From positions 13,482-77,481 of the forward strand of contig DASQJL010000076.1 of NCBI GenBank assembly GCA_035631035.1: a stretch of DNA of 64,000 bases, in the 5' to 3' direction. Below, one piece after another: positions 8,359 to 16,910 of this stretch. The position numbers were made by a program, and so were the translations under genes. This DNA comes from Candidatus Binatia bacterium (GTDB taxonomy: Bacteria; Eisenbacteria; RBG-16-71-46; SZUA-252). Within the stretch, counting starts at the first letter, position 1. The number at the start of each line of letters is the position of its first letter. Below the pieces are notes generated by a model. It was not told where the DNA came from. It saw nothing but the letters and a program-made list of their open reading frames with translations, and did no database searches.

Positions 8359-10074
8359 CTAAATATCGTGCGGCATGTATCCCACGGGGCTCTGATAGTA
8401 GTAATCCGACGGGTAGTGCAGGAAGTTGGACACGCGGCTCATGTACAGGCAGGCGAAATCCTTGAGCTGGTGGCCGAAGCGGCTGGACTCGTTGCCCTCG
8501 CGAAACAGCGATCCCCACCGCGAATTGTAGGCGCGGTCGATCTTCAGCCGGATCGCGTCGATCTCCCCCTGCAGCTCGACGCTGTGCTTCTCGAGGGCGC
8601 CGACCTGCTCGGGGATCTCGGCGATGCGCCCGCCCAGCTCGTGCCGCCGGCTCGGATCGTTGCCGTTCTCGCTCAGCACCAGCGTCAGCCGCCGGAGTTC
8701 CCGGCCCAGCACGGCCTTTTCGATCTCGCTCTGGTGCCGCTCGGCCGAGAGGCGCGCGAGCCGATCGAATTCCTTCGCATGCTCGGCGGTCACGGTGATC
8801 TCGCGGTCCAGCTCGGGGACGAGCATCGCGGTGCGCCAGCCGCGCGCGCGCTTCGACTGCAGAATGTCCCCGTAGGTGTGATCGCCGAAATACAGCACGT
8901 GCTCGGCCGAGGCGCCGAGCGTGCGCTCGAGCCACGTCGCGTCGCCGCGACGGACGGCCGCGCACGCGATCCGGGAGCCCTGGATTTCGGGAACCGGCTC
9001 GGCCGCCTGGGTCTCCGTGAAGAAATCGGGCTTCCGCGCCTCGACGACGACCGCGTGGAAGAGGTCGGTCCAGTGCTCCGGCGCGCCGCGTCCCTTCATC
9101 AAGATGTGGCGGAGCAGCGTGTCGGTGTAGGCCCATTCGCTGTTCGTGACCAGGAAGAGCTTCTTTCCGGTGCGGCGGAACTCTTCGAGCACGGTGCGCA
9201 GCTCGGGGTCGAGGCGGATGTAGCGATCGAGGTCGTTCGTGATCACGTTCTTCAAGCTGCCGTCGCGGTGCGCCTCGTCGATCATCTCGCGCACGTCGCG
9301 ATAGAGCGCTTCGTAGTCCAGCGTCGTTCCCGGGCGCCGCCGCTCCAGGAGGTCGATCAGGCACAGGTACAGGTACACCTCGGGCAGATGGAAGAGCGTG
9401 TCCACGGAAACGTAGTTCTCGTGCCCGAGCCGGATGCGCGACGTGCGGTAGGCTCGGCGGCGCTCCTCCGAACGGAGCGGCATCAGGCCGTGGGACCCGC
9501 GGGTGACCAGGTTGAAGTAGTCCATCTTCAGCAGATTGCCGCGCTTCCGATCCACCACGAGGCCCCGGATCACGAAGGAGGGGTCGTACTTGAGGTCGAG
9601 GATCTCCGTGGGATAGCCCTTGTTCGCGACCAATTTTTCCTTCGTGAGATCGAACGCCAGCTCCTCGACGCTCGTCGGGTCGTAGTGGGCGAGCGTGTGG
9701 TCCAGGTCGAAGCCGATGGCGCGGATCTGCGTCATGCGGAGGTTCCGGTTCACGAAGACGCGATGCCGCCGGGGAATCCGGTGCTCGCGATAGCGGAGCG
9801 CGCGCGCGGACGGCTCGTGCGGGGCGCCGGGGTGCGCGTGGTGGGCCGGCTGCGGTCCGTGCGGCTTGAGCGGCGTGGCCGGGGCGAAGGGCGCGGCCGG
9901 GGCGAACGGCGCCGACGGCTCCGCCGGGACACCAGGCGGCGCCTCGATCTCGGGCAGCGATCCGGCGGGAGCGACGCCCGCGGGGGTCGCGTCAGGCGCC
10001 TCGGCGGGACGAGACGTCGCGGGCGGCGCGGGAGCTCCGGTCGCTCCGCCCCGCTCCTTCTTCATGGCGCTCAT
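8359..10074 (-). CDS. HAD-superfamily cytosolic purine 5'-nucleotidase (cN-II/NT5C2-like, Pfam 5_nucleotid) with a Pro/Ala-rich N-terminal extension
   Basis: HRVFVNRNLRMTQIRAIGFDLDHTLAHY matches the human cN-II N-terminal region [27 protein letters not shown], including HAD motif I DxDxT. Homology continues across the ORF. The start is set at internal Met MSAMKK; the ORF opens at 10155. Confidence 0.75.
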   Translation of the reverse strand: MSAMKKERGGATGAPAPPATSRPAEAPDATPAGVAPAGSLPEIEAPPGVPAEPSAPFAPAAPFAPATPLKPHGPQPAHHAHPGAPHEPSARALRYREHRIPRRHRVFVNRNLRMTQIRAIGFDLDHTLAHYDPTSVEELAFDLTKEKLVANKGYPTEILDLKYDPSFVIRGLVVDRKRGNLLKMDYFNLVTRGSHGLMPLRSEERRRAYRTSRIRLGHENYVSVDTLFHLPEVYLYLCLIDLLERRRPGTTLDYEALYRDVREMIDEAHRDGSLKNVITNDLDRYIRLDPELRTVLEEFRRTGKKLFLVTNSEWAYTDTLLRHILMKGRGAPEHWTDLFHAVVVEARKPDFFTETQAAEPVPEIQGSRIACAAVRRGDATWLERTLGASAEHVLYFGDHTYGDILQSKRARGWRTAMLVPELDREITVTAEHAKEFDRLARLSAERHQSEIEKAVLGRELRRLTLVLSENGNDPSRRHELGGRIAEIPEQVGALEKHSVELQGEIDAIRLKIDRAYNSRWGSLFREGNESSRFGHQLKDFACLYMSRVSNFLHYPSDYYYQSPVGYMPHDI

Positions 10075-10158
10075 GTTCGCGAATTGTAGGCGCTGGACGC
10101 GCTTCGGGCCAGCCGCCATTCGCGGAGGCTCGCTGCGTCCTCGGCCGGCCGCCATTCC

Positions 10159-10187
10159 TTGACGGCATCACGGCCCGTCCGTACTCT
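10159..10187 (+). promoter_or_regulatory. candidate sigma70-type promoter TTGACG-17 nt-TACTCT upstream of the LbH-protein/rhomboid operon
   Basis: Good -35, weak -10, 6 nt before GTG 10194. Confidence 0.25.
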
Positions 10188-10193
10188 GCCCGG

Positions 10194-11498
10194 GTGAATC
10201 TCTGCCTCTACGAAGACCCGGATGCCTCGGCGTTCGGTCCCCACGCGCTCCTCCGTCCCGTGTTCGCGCTCCGATGCGGCGCCTTCACCCTGATCGAGAA
10301 GCTCGTGCGCGCCTTTCCCGAAGCCCCGCTCCATCTCATGGTCCGCTCCGAGGTCGAGGAGGTGACGCGCGCGCTCTATCCGACCGCGTCGGTCGGAGAG
10401 CCGCCCGCCGAAGAGACGCTCTTCGTGAATGCGCGGCTCTGCATGACCGACGACGAGGTGCTCCATTTTCTCGCCGCCTCTCCGACCGAAGCGTCCTACA
10501 TGTCGGGCGGCACGCTCTTCGCCGCGAAGGTGTCCGCGCCCCGCGTGGCCCACGCCGCCGGGCACCTTCGCGCCGGCGAGCCGGAGCGCGCCTTCGAAGA
10601 GATCCGGATGCCGGCCGAGGTGAACGCGTTCCTCGCGCGCTCGGCGGCGGATCTCATCCGATGGAGCCCGCGTCAGATCGTGCAGGACTTCCGGTACGCC
10701 TTCCAGCCGGAGACCGTCCGGGGGAAGATCGACGAGGGCGCGCACCTTCTGGAGCCGCGTGCGATCCATGTGGCGCGCGGCGCGCGCGTGATGGCGGGGG
10801 CCGTGCTGAACGCGGAGGAGGGCCCGATCCTGATCCAGGAGAACGCCGTGATCGAGCCGCTCGCCTACGTGGAGGGCCCGGCCGTCATCGGCGAGCGCTC
10901 GCGGATCAAGGCGGGCGCGCAGATTCGAGGCGGCACGTCGATCGGTCCGGTCTGCAAGATCGGGGGCGAGGTCGAGGCGTCGGTGTTCCAGGGGTACGCG
11001 AACAAGCAGCACGACGGCTTCGTCGGGCATTCCTTCGTGGGGGAATGGGTGAACCTGGGCGCGGGCACGATCACCAGCGATCTCAAGAACAACTACTCCA
11101 CGGTGCGCACCTTCCGGACCGCCGCCGACTGGATCGAGCGCCGCGGCGAGGATTCGGGGCAGCGGCTCCTGGGACTCACGGTGGGGGACTATACGAAGAC
11201 GGGCATCGGCGCCACGTTCCCGACCGGCGCGGTGGTGGGCGTCGGGTGCAACATCTACGGCACCGCGCTCATGCCGACCTACGTCCCGTCGTTCGCCTGG
11301 GGCGAGCCGGGACGGCTGGTCGAGCACGGCATCGACGCCATGATCGAGACCGCGGCCCGCGCGATGGGGCGCCGCCAGGTGGAGCTCTCGGTGCCGCTCG
11401 ATTCCCGCATCCGCCAGGCGTTCGACGACACGCGGGAGGACCGCGCCCGCTTCCTCGAAGCGCAGCACCGCGAGCCGGCGGGGAGCGCCAGGCCGTGA
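10194..11498 (+). CDS. left-handed beta-helix (LbH, hexapeptide-repeat) protein with a nucleotidyltransferase-like N-terminal domain (GlmU / putative sugar nucleotidyltransferase family), 434 aa
   Basis: Hexapeptide repeats …IQENAVIEPLAYVEGPAVIGERSRIKAGAQIRGGTSIGPVCKIGGEVEASVF…. Confidence 0.6.
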   Translation: MNLCLYEDPDASAFGPHALLRPVFALRCGAFTLIEKLVRAFPEAPLHLMVRSEVEEVTRALYPTASVGEPPAEETLFVNARLCMTDDEVLHFLAASPTEASYMSGGTLFAAKVSAPRVAHAAGHLRAGEPERAFEEIRMPAEVNAFLARSAADLIRWSPRQIVQDFRYAFQPETVRGKIDEGAHLLEPRAIHVARGARVMAGAVLNAEEGPILIQENAVIEPLAYVEGPAVIGERSRIKAGAQIRGGTSIGPVCKIGGEVEASVFQGYANKQHDGFVGHSFVGEWVNLGAGTITSDLKNNYSTVRTFRTAADWIERRGEDSGQRLLGLTVGDYTKTGIGATFPTGAVVGVGCNIYGTALMPTYVPSFAWGEPGRLVEHGIDAMIETAARAMGRRQVELSVPLDSRIRQAFDDTREDRARFLEAQHREPAGSARP

Positions 11499-12241
11499 GC
11501 GGACGCTGGCAGGAGCCGCGCCCCTTCGTCCTGGGCGGGCCGCTGACCCCCGCGGTCAAGACCCTCCTGATCACGAACGTGGTCGTGTTCCTCTTCCAGT
11601 ACCTCGCGCAGGGGCTGGCGCAGGTGCGGATCGACCGGATCTTCGGCCTCGTTCCCTACGACGTGACGCACCACCTGTTCCTCTGGCAGCTCGTCACGTA
11701 CATGTTCCTCCACGGCGGGATCTGGCACATCGGCTTTAACATGCTCGCGCTCTGGATGTTCGGCACGGAGCTGGAGTCGTACTGGGGGACCAGCCGCTTC
11801 ACGCGCTTCTACTTCATCACCGGGATCGGCGCCGCGATCTGTTCGACCCTGGCGCAGTGGAATTCGTTCATCCCGACGATCGGCGCCTCGGGGGCGATCT
11901 ACGGGCTGCTCGCCGCGTACGGCATCCTCTTCCCGGACCGGACGATCCTTCTCTACTTCGTCATCCCGATCAAGGCGAAGTACTTCGTCATTCTCATGGG
12001 GCTGCTCGCCTTCTGGTCGAGCGTGACCGCGAGCGGGAGCGGCGTGGCGCACATCGCCCATCTGGGCGGGATGCTCTTCGGCTGGCTCTATCTGCGCTAC
12101 GGCTGGGGAGAGCGGCGGGTGCGCGTCGGCTTCAAGATGCCCGACCTGCGCGGATGGCGCGAGCGGCGGCGCCAGGAGAAGCTGAAGAAGAAGTTCAAGG
12201 TCTACTACAAGGACACCCGGGGGGAGGACGACGAGGAGTAA
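11495..12241 (+). CDS. rhomboid-family intramembrane serine protease (GlpG-like), GTG start overlapping the upstream stop (GTGA)
   Basis: Catalytic GASGAIYG serine and HLGGMLFG histidine motifs; 6 TM helices; basic C-terminal tail. Confidence 0.8.
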   Translation: MSGRWQEPRPFVLGGPLTPAVKTLLITNVVVFLFQYLAQGLAQVRIDRIFGLVPYDVTHHLFLWQLVTYMFLHGGIWHIGFNMLALWMFGTELESYWGTSRFTRFYFITGIGAAICSTLAQWNSFIPTIGASGAIYGLLAAYGILFPDRTILLYFVIPIKAKYFVILMGLLAFWSSVTASGSGVAHIAHLGGMLFGWLYLRYGWGERRVRVGFKMPDLRGWRERRRQEKLKKKFKVYYKDTRGEDDEE

Positions 12242-12289
12242 CCCTTCGTCGCTCGGCCGCGCGCTCGCGCGCCGCCTGACGCATCGAGT

Positions 12290-13414
12290 CTACGAGCGTC
12301 CCGACCGCAGCCCCGCCATCACCTCGTCGAGTACCTCCCGCGGCGGACGCACCTGCTCCAGCGTGAGCGACGAGAGCGGCGCGTCCACCAGCGCCAGATC
12401 CTTGTCCAGCGCGGCCTCGTTCGCGTTCACGTAGAGCAGGCCCGTCACGAATTTGCCCTCCTCGCGCCCGCGGTTCAGCGTGGCCAGCGCCTGGCCCGGA
12501 TCGTAGGGGTCGTAGTCCTCGCCCAGCTTCTTCAGCACGACGCGCGAGCCGTCGTGCAGCTTCACCTCCCGCGACTCGCCCGGCGCGTAGTCCACCTCGA
12601 TGTTCTCGAAGTGGGGGACGTAGGTCACGTCGTGGAGCGGGGCGTCGTGCTCCTTGACCGCGGTGTAGGAGCGCGTCGAGCCCTCGTGCGCGTTGAACGT
12701 CACGCAGGGGGAGATCACGTCCACGACGGCGGTGCCGCGATGGCTCAGTGCCGCTTTCAGGATCGGCCGGAGCTGCTTGGGATCGCCCGAGAAGGAGCGC
12801 GCCACGAAGCCGCATCCGAGCTGGATCGCGATGGCGCACAGGTCGATCGGCATCAGCTCGTTCACGGCGCCCGACTTGGCGCGGCTCCCCACGTCGGCGG
12901 TCGCCGAGAACTGCCCCTTGGTCAGCCCGTAGACGCCGTTGTTCTCGATGATATAGGCGACCGGCACGTTCCGCCGCACCAGGTGGCAGAACTGACCGAG
13001 TCCGATCGAGGCGGTGTCGCCGTCGCCCGAGACGCCCAGGAGCGTGAGCTCGCGGTTGGCGAGGAACGCGCCGGTCGCCACGGAGGGCATGCGGCCATGC
13101 ACCGCGTTGAACGAATGCGAGCGGCCGATGAAGTAGGCCGGCGTCTTGCTGGAGCAGCCGATCCCCGACATCTTGGCCACGCGGTGCGGCTCCAACCCCA
13201 GCTCGAAGGCGGCCTGGACGATGCTTCCGGTGATCGCGTCGTGACCGCAGCCGGGGCAGAGCGTGGACTTGGCGCCCTTGTAGTCCGCCACGGTGAGGCC
13301 GATCCGGTTCTTCGGTACCGCCGCGCTCCCCGCTCCGGCGGCGCCCGCCGATCCCGCGCCCGCCGGCCCCGCGGCGTTGCCGTTCCCCTTCGGGATGTTC
13401 GCGCCGCCGCTCAT
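12290..13414 (-). CDS. korB: 2-oxoglutarate/2-oxoacid:ferredoxin oxidoreductase beta subunit (TPP-binding), 374 aa
   Basis: CPGCGH…GIGCSS…GDGD TPP motifs. Its ATG overlaps the korA stop (ATGA). Confidence 0.85.
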   Translation of the reverse strand: MSGGANIPKGNGNAAGPAGAGSAGAAGAGSAAVPKNRIGLTVADYKGAKSTLCPGCGHDAITGSIVQAAFELGLEPHRVAKMSGIGCSSKTPAYFIGRSHSFNAVHGRMPSVATGAFLANRELTLLGVSGDGDTASIGLGQFCHLVRRNVPVAYIIENNGVYGLTKGQFSATADVGSRAKSGAVNELMPIDLCAIAIQLGCGFVARSFSGDPKQLRPILKAALSHRGTAVVDVISPCVTFNAHEGSTRSYTAVKEHDAPLHDVTYVPHFENIEVDYAPGESREVKLHDGSRVVLKKLGEDYDPYDPGQALATLNRGREEGKFVTGLLYVNANEAALDKDLALVDAPLSSLTLEQVRPPREVLDEVMAGLRSGRS

Positions 13415-15273
13415 CGGACCCCCACCTCCTCCCGCTCGGCGCTCCGGATCTTCTCCGCCACGGTGCTCGCCGCGAGCGGGAGCCCGTCGTAGTGCAGCAC
13501 CGATCGGAGCCGCGCCGCACGCTCGGGGTACTCCATGCGGAGGAGCGCGGCCATCTGCCCGTCGCGGTTCTGCTCCACGACGTAGATCCGCTCGTGGCGC
13601 CCGAGGAATGCCTCCACCTCCGGCGTGAAGGGATAGGCCTGGATGCGGAGCGAGGAGGTCTTCAGCCCGTCCGCGAGGAGCCGCTCGCGAGCCTCCTCCA
13701 CGGCCCAGCGGGAGGAGCCGTAGGCGACGATCGCGATTTCCGCTCCCGCGACCTGGTCCACGGCCGGCTTCGGCACCCACGTTCGCGCCGTCTCCCACTT
13801 CGCGGCCAGCCGGTCCATCACGCGCGGGTAGGCCTCGCTCGATTCGGTGTAGCGCGCCGTCTCGTCGTGCCCCGAGCCGCGCGTGAAATAGGCGGCCAGC
13901 CCGTGCTTCGTTCCCGGGATCGTCCGGTAGGGAATGCCGTCGCCGTCCACGTCGCGGTAGCGCTCGAACTTCCCGATCCGCTCGAGGTCCTCGGCCGAGA
14001 GCACCTTGCCGCGGTCCCAGGGCTTGTCGGGATAGGGGAAGGGGTCGGCCATCCAGACGTTCATGCCGAGGTCGAGATCGGAGAGGACGAAGACCGGGGT
14101 CTGGAGCCGTTCGGCCAGGTCGAAGGCGCGCATGCCGTAGTCGAAGCATTCGTCCACGGACGAGGGGAAGAGCATCACCTGTCTCGTGTCGCCGTGCGAC
14201 AGGAACGCCACGCTCAAGAGGTCGCCCTGCGAGGTGCGCGTCGGCAACCCGGTGCTGGGGCCGATCCGCTGGATGTCCCAGATCACGGCCGGGATCTCGG
14301 CATAGTAGGCGTAGCCGGTGAACTCGGTCATGAGTGAGAGGCCGGGGCCGGAGGTCGCGGTCATCGCGCGGGCGCCGGCCCAGGAGGCGCCGAGCACCAT
14401 GCCGATCGCGGAGATCTCGTCTTCGGCCTGGACGATGGCGTAGGTGGCCTGTCCCGTCTTCGGGTCGCGCCGGTAGCGGCCGAGGTATCCGGAGAGCGCG
14501 TCGGCGAGGCTGGACGACGGCGTGATGGGATACCAGGAGACGAACGTCACGCCTCCGAACATCGCGCCGAGGGCGGCGGCCTGGTTCCCCTCGATGAGGA
14601 TCTTGCCCGCGGTCTTGTCGCGGCGCTCCACGCGGAAGGGCGCCGGCGGAAGGTTGGCCGCCGCGAAGTCGAATCCGGCATCCACGGCGGCGCGGTTCAT
14701 CGCGAGCGCCTTCGGCTTCCGGCCGAGCTGCGCCTCCAGCGCGCGCTCGACCTCGGCGCGGTCGATGCCCAGGATCTGCGCGAGCACGCCCACGTAGACC
14801 ATGTTCACGACCAACCGGCGCAGCTTGGGGTCGGGCACGAGCGGCTGGGCCATGGCGTCGAAGGGGATCGCGTGGACCGTGACCCCCTCGGGCTTCTTGG
14901 GCGCGGGGAGCCCCTGGTTCATGACGATGACGCTGCCGGGGCCCATGGCGGCGATGTCGGCGACCGAGGTCTCGGGGTTCATGGCCACGAGCACGTCGTT
15001 CCGGGTCTCGCGCGCGAGATGCCCCCACTCGTTCACGCGGATGGTGAACCAGGTGGGGAGGCCGGCGATGTTGGACGGAAAGAGATTCTTTCCGGAGACC
15101 GGGATTCCCATCTGGAAGATGGCCCGGAGGAGCGTGGTGTTGGCGGTCTGGCTCCCGGAGCCGTTCACGGTGGCCACGTGAACGTTGAAGTCGTTGACCC
15201 CGTGGGACAAGGCGTTGGGCACTGCCGTTCCTTTCGATTCGATTGTTCGCGTCGGGCGGGCCGCTCGGAGCAT
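13411..15273 (-). CDS. korA: 2-oxoglutarate/2-oxoacid:ferredoxin oxidoreductase alpha subunit, 620 aa
   Basis: KorA/PorA-family N-terminal gamma-like and alpha domains (…VNGSGSQTANTTLL…, …AIVQAEDEISAIGMVLGASWAGARAMTATSGPG…). Start set at MLRAARPTRT inside the longer ORF. Confidence 0.85.
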   Translation of the reverse strand: MLRAARPTRTIESKGTAVPNALSHGVNDFNVHVATVNGSGSQTANTTLLRAIFQMGIPVSGKNLFPSNIAGLPTWFTIRVNEWGHLARETRNDVLVAMNPETSVADIAAMGPGSVIVMNQGLPAPKKPEGVTVHAIPFDAMAQPLVPDPKLRRLVVNMVYVGVLAQILGIDRAEVERALEAQLGRKPKALAMNRAAVDAGFDFAAANLPPAPFRVERRDKTAGKILIEGNQAAALGAMFGGVTFVSWYPITPSSSLADALSGYLGRYRRDPKTGQATYAIVQAEDEISAIGMVLGASWAGARAMTATSGPGLSLMTEFTGYAYYAEIPAVIWDIQRIGPSTGLPTRTSQGDLLSVAFLSHGDTRQVMLFPSSVDECFDYGMRAFDLAERLQTPVFVLSDLDLGMNVWMADPFPYPDKPWDRGKVLSAEDLERIGKFERYRDVDGDGIPYRTIPGTKHGLAAYFTRGSGHDETARYTESSEAYPRVMDRLAAKWETARTWVPKPAVDQVAGAEIAIVAYGSSRWAVEEARERLLADGLKTSSLRIQAYPFTPEVEAFLGRHERIYVVEQNRDGQMAALLRMEYPERAARLRSVLHYDGLPLAASTVAEKIRSAEREEVGVR

Positions 15274-15461
15274 CTCATTCTCGGATGCTTCGGACGGCCG
15301 GTCAAGGCGCTTGAGGGGGCGCGCGGGGCTCCGGGGTGTCCGCCGCGGCGCCCTGAACTCGCGACGCTGATACCTTTTGGACGCGGAGGACCGCGGCCGC
15401 GATTCGTCGCCCGCGGGCCGGGAAAAGGCCTCCCTTGACCCCCGCCGCAGCGCCGTCAAGA

Positions 15462-16556
15462 ATGGAGCCTATGAGCCGACAGACGCTTCCCGAGCCCTAC
15501 CTGACCCTGGACGACGACGCGATCGCCGGGCGGATCGCGGACGCCAAGCGAGCGCTCGGTTCCCGTCTCGTGATCCTGGGGCACCACTACCAGCGCGACG
15601 ACGTGATCCGCCACGCCGACGTCACGGGGGACTCGTTCAAGCTCGCCCGGCTGGGGGCCGAGCGCACCGATGCCGAGTACGTCGTGTTCTGCGGAGTCCA
15701 CTTCATGGCCGAGAGCGCGGACATCCTGCGCGCGCCCCACCAGACGGTGATCCTGCCCGACCTGAACGCCGGCTGCTCGATGGCGGACATGGCCCCGACC
15801 GAGGACGTGCTCGAAGCGGGCGCCTCGCTGGAGCGGCTGGGCGTGACCGACGTGACACCGGTGACGTACATGAACTCGACGGCCGAGATCAAGGCGTTCT
15901 GCGGGGAGCGCGGAGGCGCGGTCTGCACGTCGTCCAACGCGCGCGCCGTGTTCGAGTGGGCGTTCCGCCGCCGCGAGAAGATCTTCTTCCTTCCCGATGA
16001 GCACCTGGGACGGAACACCGCCCTGGCGATGGACATTCCCGCCTCGGCGATCGTCGTCTGGGATCCGATGAAGGAGCAGGGGGGACTGACGGCGGCGCAG
16101 ATCGAGGGCGCCAAGGCGATCCTCTGGAAGGGATGCTGCTCGGTGCACACCAAGTTCCAGCGCCGGCACGTGGACGAGCGCCGCGCCGAGGATCCAGGCG
16201 TCCGGATCCTGGTTCACCCCGAGGTGCCGCACGAGGTCGCCGGGGCGGCGGACGTCGTCGGGTCCACCGAGACGATCATTCGCACGCTGCGCGAGGCTCC
16301 CGCGGGCAGCCGCTGGGCGGTCGGGACCGAGTACAACCTGGTCCGCCGTCTGGCGCAGGCGATGCCCGACAAGAAGATCGTCATTCTGTCCCAAGACTTC
16401 TGTATCTGCGCTACCATGTATCGGATTTCTCCGCAGAATCTGTTGTGGGCGCTGGAGCGCCTGGTGGCGGGGGAGGTCGTGAATCCGATCCGCGTACCCG
16501 AGCCCACGCGCACCTGGGCGAAGGCCGCTCTCGACCGCATGCTCCAGGTCACCTGA
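15462..16556 (+). CDS. nadA: quinolinate synthase A
   Basis: Full-length NadA homology (…VILGHHYQRDDV…FCGVHFMAESADIL…GCCSVHTKF…). Confidence 0.85.
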   Translation: MEPMSRQTLPEPYLTLDDDAIAGRIADAKRALGSRLVILGHHYQRDDVIRHADVTGDSFKLARLGAERTDAEYVVFCGVHFMAESADILRAPHQTVILPDLNAGCSMADMAPTEDVLEAGASLERLGVTDVTPVTYMNSTAEIKAFCGERGGAVCTSSNARAVFEWAFRRREKIFFLPDEHLGRNTALAMDIPASAIVVWDPMKEQGGLTAAQIEGAKAILWKGCCSVHTKFQRRHVDERRAEDPGVRILVHPEVPHEVAGAADVVGSTETIIRTLREAPAGSRWAVGTEYNLVRRLAQAMPDKKIVILSQDFCICATMYRISPQNLLWALERLVAGEVVNPIRVPEPTRTWAKAALDRMLQVT

Positions 16557-16574
16557 GCCGCCCGGAGGAGAACG

Positions 16575-16772
16575 ATGGCATACGTGATCGTGAAGGATAT
16601 CTGCGAAGGCGAAAGCTCCTGCGTCGACGTCTGCCCCGTGGACTGCATCAAGAAGGGCGACGGGGAGAATGGCAAGGGCACGACCTGGTTCTTCGTCGTG
16701 GCGGAGGACTGCGTGAGCTGCAACGCCTGTCTCGAGGCCTGCCCCGTCGAAGGCGCCATTCTTCCCGACTGA
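16575..16772 (+). CDS. small ferredoxin (65 aa, 8 Cys; one CxxCxxCxxxCP cluster motif plus an atypical Cx5Cx3Cx3C)
   Basis: GGAGGAG RBS; Cys spacing typical of 7Fe/2x[4Fe-4S]-type ferredoxins. Sits next to korAB and nadA. Confidence 0.8.
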   Translation: MAYVIVKDICEGESSCVDVCPVDCIKKGDGENGKGTTWFFVVAEDCVSCNACLEACPVEGAILPD

Positions 16773-16910
16773 TCCGCCGCCCCGCGCTCGATCCCCGCAT
16801 CTCCATTCGTCTCAAGATTCAGCCTCGCCGGACCGATATCTAGGACCGCGCGCCCCCGCAGCCCCAGCGCCGCGGGATGACCGCCGTATTCCAACCTGGA
16901 GTCCGTCCGC

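Noticed and set aside
8314-10089. 591-aa + strand ORF
   Set aside because: Antisense to the cN-II-like nucleotidase gene, which has decisive homology on the - strand.
12290-15028. 912-aa - strand ORF
   Set aside because: It is the korB frame read through into antisense/out-of-frame sequence of korA. korB starts at ATG 13414 (MSGGANIPKG…), overlapping the korA stop.
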